Positions 1 to 7,492 of a stretch of 19,259 nucleotides of DNA are shown here, one piece after another. The notes below the pieces were generated by a model. That model was not told the DNA's origin, did no database searches, and worked only from the letters and a program-made list of their open reading frames with translations. The position numbers were made by a program, and so were the translations under genes. The stretch spans positions 68,999,261-69,018,519 of the forward strand of contig JANKJI020000004.1 of the NCBI GenBank assembly GCA_024626585.2, given 5' to 3'. Position 1 is the first letter of the stretch; each line of letters begins with the position of its first letter. The stretch comes from Ginkgo biloba. Its lineage: Eukaryota > Plantae > Ginkgophyta.

Positions 1-383
1 TCTAATCTATTCTTTTATTTGGGAGTGAGTAGGCTCATATACTGAAACATGAAATGTCGTCCAGCCGAGTTGATGTAAATTATTGTTGTACTATCTATTG
101 GTTTTGCGTTATAACGAAGACATATCTGCTCCCTCTTTCCAATCTTCCCTGGCATTAGCTTTATCATTGATGATACATCTTTAAATTGAGTCTTTAAACA
201 TGGCTGCGTTTGTCTCCATGAGCTGAACTCACCATAGCGAAACATTCTGTAAAGTGGGTCTGTTTTTCTAAATCTTGATACAAGCTTCAAAATTGATAAT
301 ACCAGGTTTTTTTTCCATTTCACGTCAAATATCCATTAAAGTTTCTGCTTAGGTTTATATGTAACATGAATTGATTCACAAGT

Positions 384-557
384 AGGCCTTAGGGCCGTAG
401 AAGGTAAATGCACTTTGGTATCAGGGTGTCAAGTTTCTTTGACTGCAGCTGATTTAATTTCTGCGTAGTAGGGATTTATTCATAAAAGGCCTTAAGACTG
501 AAGAAGGTACAAATACTTTCGAAGTAGTAGCCGAGCGTCGAGTTAATTTGACTGCAG
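384..557 (-). repeat. Degenerate ~105-bp tandem duplication
   Basis: AGGCCTTAGGGCCGTAGAAGGTA...TTTGACTGCAG (384-448) aligns with AGGCCTTAAGACTGAAGAAGGTA...TTTGACTGCAG (487-557). The offset changes from 103 to 109, a 6-nt indel. Confidence 0.7.
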
Positions 558-1526
558 GGGGATTGATTTTGTTTGGTGACTCGCTTTCGAACCATTACTT
601 GCGTGGAAATCATGGGAATCTGTCAATGCTCAAATGATTTCCAAAGGCTTTTATGTTGTTCCCAAGATTATATTGTCGTACCTCTTTGCTGTATTTTCAT
701 CAATTGGTCTCATTGTACCCTTTTTGTTGTAGTTTAAATATCCGTCATTGTTAGTTGCTCTTTTATGTTGTCCATGCTACTTGCTGATGCGTCTGGTAGT
801 CCCAGCCTACACCAGCACAAATATCACTCTATTGCTCCATTGCGTCCGCATTGAGTGTTGTACTGATTGCTGTGTCACATTCTGGCCATCAGTTCCTTTT
901 GGCTGCGCATTATACCACCTTATCATTAGAATTTAAACTATGTTTCTCTATTGTTGCCTTCCTTACCATCACTTAATTAGTGCATAGTTACTTATCCATT
1001 ATTCAATTTCATTGCATTATTTTTGTCATTTTCTATCTTTTCTTCAGTGCTCGACTAGTATGTATCTGGGTTCTTCCTTTTTATGTTTTTTATCTTGGAA
1101 TACATCGAAGTCCTCCAGTTTGTAATCCATCAAGGAAATCTTGGAATTGCAAAAAAGTTTTCAGAGTGCAGGATACTTAGGCTTGAAGGACATTATTATT
1201 TGGCCAAACATTGGGTTATTACTTATTAGAGAACAGGGAAGTACCAGCAATTTTTTGACTGTTAGCAAGGGCTATTTTGCTAGTATTTGTAAACTATATT
1301 TCTCCCATTGTTGAAAATTGCTTTTGTCTCTAGTTGAAGGTTGAATCCACTGATTCTTATTGGGCTTTCTTTCCATCCTGTTACCCTTTCTAGATCATCT
1401 CCAGAGCTAGTTGGCTACAATCTAAAGGATGCAGGAGCCATATGCCTAGCCGAGAATGAGTATATATTAGGCATTTCATATGCATATGGAAGATAGTTTG
1501 GGTCGCAGAGGATCTCAATGACAGTC

Positions 1527-2037
1527 TGTTAACAGCTATGGTTTGTTAGATTTTTTGAGTGTCCAAAAGTCTCTGAAGGAAGGTTGACGAGGAGTATAGT
1601 CTGCCATCTGGTATTGCTATTGGCTTCATTGAGACAATTTCTCTTGCGCTGCTTGGGCTTCTCAGGTGACTCGTGGCCATGCAATGTTTTGGTGCAGGCA
1701 GTGGTAATGGTAGGAGACACAGAAAGCGGGGCATTCTTGTCAGTCAAAGTGGTACATGCTAGCAACTAGAAGTGCTAATTATTCCCAAAGGCTCCTTGTT
1801 TTATGTTGTTTTTGTGCAGATGGTTTTGTTAACTGCCTGTTACCATATGTGGCCTGCCCCTGGTGGGATGTTTGGTTTGGATATACATTTGTTCAAATCT
1901 GCATTAAGGTTGGACATATGTCTGTGCTCATTCTTGCTGCTTGCCCCGTTGCAATATGGGTTGTGATGAGGTTGTTGACACTGGTTGTCTGTTGCCACAT
2001 GTTGACAGGTGTGCGGTGGGGATTTCCCATGTCAACA
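1527..2037. mobile_element. Putative LTR (~511 bp) inserted into a gag sequence
   Basis: It begins TGTTAACA (1527) and ends TGTCAACA (2030-2037), which are TG...CA termini with an imperfect inverted repeat. The adjacent gag frame breaks exactly at 2037/2038. The flanks (CAGTC, AAACT) are not a TSD, so the left end is less certain. Confidence 0.55.
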
Positions 2038-2199
2038 AAACTTATTGTCTAACTTGTCCCCCCATTTAGCTGTGAATTGAGTCTTGAAGGCTTCCCAACT
2101 GGTCACAGTGCCTGCTCCTAAAGATTTATACCAGACCCGAGCATCACCTTCAAGAGTTTGGACAAACATTTTCATCACAATGTCTTCGTACTCGATTTC
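2038..2199 (-). pseudogene. gag: Ty3/gypsy retrotransposon gag fragment (Retrotrans_gag-type)
   Basis: The minus-strand translation from 2199 is EIEYEDIVMKMFVQTLEGDARVWYKSLGAGTVTSWEAFKTQFTAKWGDKLDNKF. It has the typical F..TL.G.A..W...L......SW..F...F gag pattern, and is cut by the LTR at 2037 and by an N gap at 2200. Confidence 0.9.
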
Positions 2200-2278
2200 N
2201 NNNNNNNNNNNNNNNNNNNNNNNNNNNNNNNNNNNNNNNNNNNNNNNNNNNNNNNNNNNNNNNNNNNNNNNNNNNNNN

Positions 2279-2895
2279 CAAAATCAGGTCTTTGGATTCC
2301 AACCACCAGAAAAGTGACATCAGAAGATGTCTAAAAATTGAGATTCCAGGTTGGAATTTCAAAAACAATTATTAAAACGTTGTGGAATTGTCATATGCTA
2401 ACAATTCCTCTCACAGGTGCACTGGTAAGTCTCTGGAACAACACAATGCAGCCCCAGGATCAATACTTGAGAGTTGGAATTACACAGATTTTTTGACATG
2501 TAAAAACAAAGCACTAGAAACGTTTCTGGTGAAACTCCAACCTCGAAACTCCAAATCCAGTGGCCCCATGTTGGCCAGATGGTTTACACCTGCAGAATGT
2601 CCCACGTGTGGTATTTGGTGGTCTGAGTCTAGCATGCATGTGCAATTCCCAATCAGGGCTAGGGTTCTTGTTGGTCATCGTTTGCAATCCCTTACTGGCT
2701 GTGATGGCCTGGATGAGGTGCAAATGGCCTTGCAAGGGCATTAAGTTCCTTTCTGGATAACATTGGCTAAGTCTACTGCCTGGACTGAGGCCCTTGTAAA
2801 GAGTATGGGGCTAGGCTGAACCTGATGAGGAGAAGACAATTTTTATGGCTTCTCCTTGGGTATTTTCTGTTGCACACTTATAATTATTTCATACA
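2279..2895 (+). mobile_element. Probable LTR fragment (3' end at ...TTCATACA)
   Basis: This non-coding stretch ends TTGCACACTTATAATTATTTCATACA, an LTR-like CA terminus, and sits between two gag-like minus-strand segments. Its 5' end is lost in the N gap. Confidence 0.45.
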
Positions 2896-3100
2896 ATTAT
2901 GAATCATCTTTCCAACAAAAGGAAAATCAGTTATTGGAAGGTATCCATGGACTAGGAGGGAACTCATTGCAAGCACAGGATTCACTTTCAAACACAATGA
3001 GTGATTAGTGAACGGCAAAGAATCAACTCGAGAATTGGTTGGGGAAGGTATGATGGAGGAGGTTGAAACTGAATTTAAAATAGACGCCAAACGCTATGGA
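2896..3100 (-). pseudogene. Possible N-terminal, Ser/Pro-rich part of the same gag as 2038-2199
   Basis: The minus strand reads SSIIPSPTNSRVDSLPF...PFVGKMIHN and stops at the LTR-like end at 2895. Position and strand fit the region preceding the gag core, but the similarity is weak. Confidence 0.3.
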
Positions 3101-3454
3101 ATGAGATACATGATGTAATAGTTCACATTGACAAAAATTTAGCAACAACTTTAGACAAATTGGGGACATAAATCAACCATTATACAATAATATCAGTAAA
3201 GCTCAACATTACTAAACTTTTTCTTCCTCACCAAGTGGTTCATGATGAATGGGTGGTGATTGATCCTTTTGTATCAACATTACTTGTAATTAGAGGAATC
3301 TATGGATAATTATTCCTCACCTTAGAATTAAAATATAGAAAATGGAATATAACANNNNNNNNNNNNNNNNNNNNNNNNNNNNNNNNNNNNNNNNNNNNNN
3401 NNNNNNNNNNNNNNNNNNNNNNNNNNNNNNNNNNNNNNNNNNNNNNNNNNNNNN

Positions 3455-4220
3455 CCTAGTGTATTCCATCCAAGATGAGTTGGCCATGCATTATATGGAA
3501 AATATGGATGAGGCATACCAACTCGCACTCAAGGCAAAAGAAAAGTTAGCCCGTTATGCAAGAAAAAGACCATTTGTAAACAGTGCCACAGCATCTTACA
3601 AGTGTCAGAAGGGAGGTGACATAAGATGGCAAGGCGAAGGTCGCTAGAGTTTTGAGAACACCCGCAACCGTGCAATCAGTAGAACCCACTGACCCAGAGG
3701 AGGATTTAATTTTCATCATGCTAGGTGTCGAGGCCAGATGGTGCATCACCATGGTGGGAGATCAGACAAAGAGCCACAGTCTTTTCGAAGACCAACCATA
3801 TGCTACAGTTGTGGTAAAGAGGGTCACATATCGTTCGAGTGCCCGAAAAGGCACAACGACAATAATTGACTTAGGGATCATGGTTTTAACTTATCTCAGC
3901 AGAGGAGAGGGCATGAGTCTCCTGTGGTTGACGAAGCAGAAGTGGCACCAACATGCTGGGTATTGCTTTCATTGGGCAAAAAGCAGACCACCAAAAGTCG
4001 AATTAAAGAATGCTAGCAGGAGAAAGGCAAAGGAAAAGTGTTAGGGGAGGTTGAATGTCAACCATCCAAGAGTGGGGAAAAAGGTGTTGATCATAACTTG
4101 ATCACAAACATTGACAGTGACTAAAGAAAGAATAATTTCTCTATGAAATTTATGTCAAGGAATAGTGATTGCAATGTAATTATGGATGGGGGAAGTTATG
4201 AAAATATGATATTAGATTGC
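3455..4220 (+). pseudogene. gag-pro: CRM-like chromoviral Ty3/gypsy gag C-terminus, CCHC zinc knuckle and truncated aspartic protease
   Basis: It contains IQDELAMHYMENMDEAYQLALKAKEKLAR, an intact CX2CX4HX4C knuckle CYSCGKEGHISFEC at 3801-3842, and the protease start NNFSMKFMSRNSDCNVIMDGGSYENMI (Asp codon 4185), matching the CRM-type C.VIIDGGS.EN motif. In-frame stops are present. Confidence 0.9.
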
Positions 4221-4234
4221 TTCCCCAGACAAAC

Positions 4235-4260
4235 AAAAGTGGGGTGTGATACATATGGTA
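4235..4260 (+). other. Candidate polypurine tract followed by TGAT LTR start
   Basis: AAAAGTGGGGTG (4235-4246) is directly followed by TGATAC (4247). CRM-clade LTRs typically start TGAT. The LTR end was not located. Confidence 0.45.
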
Positions 4261-4501
4261 TGGAGCAGTTAGTTCATTGTAAAATGATCCAAAGGTCAGA
4301 AGCATCTATTTAGAGAGTACAAATACCAGATTTTCAGCTCTTAAACTTCTTTCCTAACTCTTGTTGACTAAGGCAATATGCTAAACTCAACTCTTTTAAC
4401 AAGAAATGCTTATTCATAAATGCCCCCCCCCCATCTTCTTCGAAGCCCCCATTTCTAGAGGCCAGTCCATGGAGTCCATTGCTCTATTATGCTGGACTGA
4501 G

Positions 4502-4824
4502 CTATGCACTCATCAGCTTGCACCTCCGCCCCTCTCAAACCTTGTGTACAAACCACTGATGAAAAATCGTCGGTGGAATTGTAAAATGGAATTGTGATAC
4601 AACATAAAAATTTTCAAATCACTATCTTTATATTGTAACGCACGTGGGCGTGATGGTAAGTCGTTGTGTTGGCAAAGCACATGTTTGGGTGTCCAAACTT
4701 GGCAAGGAACGCATGTATTTTTGTTACAATTCCATTCCACCGAGTGAAATTGCAACATTTCCACCTATGGTTTTCCCACCGTGGATTGACACGAAGTTTG
4801 AGGTGCAACTCCATGAGCGCATAG
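4502..4824. mobile_element. Non-autonomous foldback/MITE-like element with long degenerate TIRs
   Basis: The left arm CTATGCACTCATCAGCTTGCACCTC..TCAAACCTTGTGTACAAACCAC..GGTGGAA..TGGAATTGT matches the reverse complement of the right arm CTATGCGCTCATGGAGTTGCACCTCAAACTTCGTGTCAATCCAC..GGTGGAA..TGGAATTGT. The arms are ~95-105 bp, and no clear TSD is visible. Confidence 0.75.
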
Positions 4825-4969
4825 ATGCTGCCGCTATGTGCTTGGCAACTTTGGTTCTTTGTGCTCTTCTCCCCTTATATTAAGATGGGTAGAGCACTCT
4901 ATTTGCTTCTTGTGTGTAATGGCTCAAGTGAGCACCAAACTAGTGGTTGAGGTTTTCGATATTTCGAGG

Positions 4970-5081
4970 TCATCAATTGAGCTTGAGTTGAGCCTAGTAT
5001 TAACTAATTCTTTGTCAAAGTGAGAAACCCTTGTTTGGGTTGCCTAATCATCAATTGAACTTGAGTCGAGCCTAGTATTAA
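4970..5081 (+). repeat. 34-bp direct repeat, two copies 78 bp apart
   Basis: TCATCAATTGAGCTTGAGTTGAGCCTAGTATTAA (4970-5003) and TCATCAATTGAACTTGAGTCGAGCCTAGTATTAA (5048-5081) differ by 2 transitions. Confidence 0.9.
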
Positions 5082-5746
5082 AAGTTTGGCCCATTGTTTG
5101 TGTTGCTTGATTCTCCATGAGTGCACTCAAGTTTCCAAGCTTGACGCCCCACACAAGCTTTGAGGAAACAAATATGTTTGTGTGGACTGCAGGTCACCGT
5201 TATGCTTCTTATGTCTATCTCATCTCCATTCTTATCAACCGATCTACCATGGAGCTTCCAAACTTGGGAAAGANNNNNNNNNNNNNNNNNNNNNNNNNNN
5301 NNNNNNNNNNNNNNNNNNNNNNNNNNNNNNNNNNNNNNNNNNNNNNNNNNNNNNNNNNNNNNNNNNNNNNNNNNNNNNNNNNNNNNNNNNNNNNNNNNNN
5401 NNNNNNNNNNNNNNNNNNNNNNNNNNNNNNNNNNNNNNNNNNNNNNNNNNNNNNNNNNNNNNNNNNNNNNNNNNNNNNNNNNNNNNNNNNNNNNNNNNNN
5501 NNNNNNNNNNNNNNNNNNNNNNNNNNNNNNNNNNNNNNNNNNNNNNNNNNNNNNNNNNNNNNNNNNNNNNNNNNNNNNNNNNNNNNNNNNNNNNNNNNNN
5601 NNNNNNNNNNNNNNNNNNNNNNNNNNNNNNNNNNNNNNNNNNNNNNNNNNNNNNNNNNNNNNNNNNNNNNNNNNNNNNNNNNNNNNNNNNNNNNNNNNNN
5701 NNNNNNNNNNNNNNNNNNNNNNNNNNNNNNNNNNNNNNNNNNNNNN

Positions 5747-6420
5747 CAGTGAGGTAGCCCGCCCAGGGCAGAGAGAATAAACAAAAAAATACACCACACC
5801 AGGCGTCAAACCTTAAGACCAAAAACACCCTATAATAGCTACTCAAGCATACAACTTCTACGCAATTGGACACCATTCAGGGAGTCGAGCACAACCAAAC
5901 ACCACGTAGGGAGCCGAGATAATAGAAAAACTGATTACATCCATACAGAAAAAACCAAAACCCTAAAATTGAGAGTAACAGCCAAACCAAGCCTCCATGG
6001 CCAAAATATCTGTCTTCCCAACAAAGACCACACGTTTGCCATACCCAAGGTAAACTGGCCAGCAACCTTGAAAACGTGACAAGCAAGAGAAAGGTCATTG
6101 AAGAAGATGCTCCAATCAACACACCATGGCCACTGTAAGCAGAGCCACCAACCACAGATTTGTTAAGGGCCCATGACTGCCAAACCCCCAATCGCAAGCC
6201 AACCTACACACATAAGAAACAAAACCCAAGCAATCCTCCATAACCGCCACCTCCCGAGCAGAAGACCCCTCCCCCTTGTAGATTGTCAAATCCCCATCCC
6301 TCTTGACACCGGATTTGAACCCACACTGCGTTAAGAGCGGCGAGAAGACTCCATCAGGGAAGCGGCCCACAAGTAAAACCCTAGCAGAGCTTTGCATCGG
6401 GCGACCCTCTTATGACCCTA
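5747..6420 (-). mobile_element. Possible non-autonomous LINE-derived or other non-coding retroposed element
   Basis: There is a sharp compositional break: the minus strand is G/T-rich, CpGs are retained, CTAGGGTTT occurs near the putative 5' end, and the 3' part is GT/T-rich. No recognisable domain is present, and the 3' end is in an N gap. Confidence 0.3.
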
Positions 6421-6628
6421 AAGCTATTGAACCGACTATAGGTGTGGATATCATTGGAACTAGTGTCACTTTGAAGTAACTATTTGAATTGCCTCGATAA
6501 CTTATTGGTTATAGAGTTGAGGTGCCAAGCAGTGTAGTAGATCCCCTTATCTTTATTTTCCTTATACTCCATATGTGTTTAAGGCTCCTTATGTGATGTA
6601 GGATCCATATTTCCCTTATGCCCCATAC

Positions 6629-7392
6629 ATGCTCTATACTTTTTATATGCCTTATACAACTTATTTTATAGCATATCCATTTTTACAAGAATCTAATCTT
6701 TATTATATGCCCTCTACTTCTATTCCATATCCCACGTCAAATATTTATCCTTTTATTCCACAAAAATTATATGTTCCTAGGACTATTTCTAGTCCTAATA
6801 GTTCTATAGTTCAACTTTTTATTAGTTATAAGAAATACTATACTAACTATATGAATAATTATATTACTCCCTCTCTTATTCTAATTGTGCTACCCACACC
6901 AATTCTAGAATTACCCAAATTTGATGGGTTGATAGGATTATATCTCGTTTCTCACATTAATGCCTTCATATTTGAATGTGCATGATTTATACATTAAGAT
7001 GAGATAGTATTAAGGTTGTTTCCTATGTTATTAGTGGGAGAGGAATTGAAATGGTTTTATAAATTACTTGGAGAATTGGTAGTATCATTTCAGTAATTAG
7101 TTGATTTATTCATCTAATATTTTGATGTGGTGAAACCATTCAATACTAGACTTAAATCCTTATTTTCTTTAAAGAAATATGTAGACGAGTCTAATTTTGA
7201 CTTTGTGTAGAGGTTCAAGACATTATTCCATGCGTATAAAACCTCATTTATGGGTAGATAATTATATGATCTATTTATGAATGCCTTGCATCTGTAAGTG
7301 CATTTAGAGGTTTTAAAAGATGGCCCTACGTCATATAAGGATTCCATATACAAGTGTCTCACATATGAGGAATTTAAGATTTAGGCTAGTGC
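6629..7392 (+). pseudogene. gag: Tat/Ogre-type Ty3/gypsy gag with Pro/Tyr-rich N-terminus
   Basis: A single frame reads LELPKFDGLIGLYLVSHINAFIFECA*FIH*DEIVLRLFPMLLVGEELKWFYKLLGELVVSFQ*LVDLFI*YF...LFSLKKYVDESNFDFV*RFKTL...LFMNAL. This is a Retrotrans_gag pattern with 8 in-frame stops and no frameshift. Confidence 0.88.
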
Positions 7393-7492
7393 NNNNNNNN
7401 NNNNNNNNNNNNNNNNNNNNNNNNNNNNNNNNNNNNNNNNNNNNNNNNNNNNNNNNNNNNNNNNNNNNNNNNNNNNNNNNNNNNNNNNNNNN

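Noticed and set aside
15-323. 102-aa minus-strand ORF
   Set aside because: It has a non-ATG (GTG) start, no recognisable motif and no exon context.
416-427. TGGTATCAGGGT resembling the tRNA-iMet PBS
   Set aside because: The match is partial, it lies inside one copy of a tandem duplication, and no LTR is demonstrable upstream.
4970-5081. CRISPR array
   Set aside because: There are only two repeats, no cas genes, and the context is eukaryotic TE sequence.
5078-5876. Long ORFs in all six frames (also 10145-10526, 15140-16126, 16990-17524)
   Set aside because: These are artefacts of translating through N-runs.
5958-5966. AAACCCTAA telomere motif
   Set aside because: It is a single unit, not an interstitial telomeric array.
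6300-6345. tRNA gene or tRNA-derived SINE head (B-box-like GGTTCAAATCC, minus strand)
   Set aside because: No A-box or cloverleaf could be built.
6778-6797. 8-bp hairpin TAGGACTA/TAGTCCTA
   Set aside because: It is short, lies within gag-coding relic sequence and is plausible by chance.
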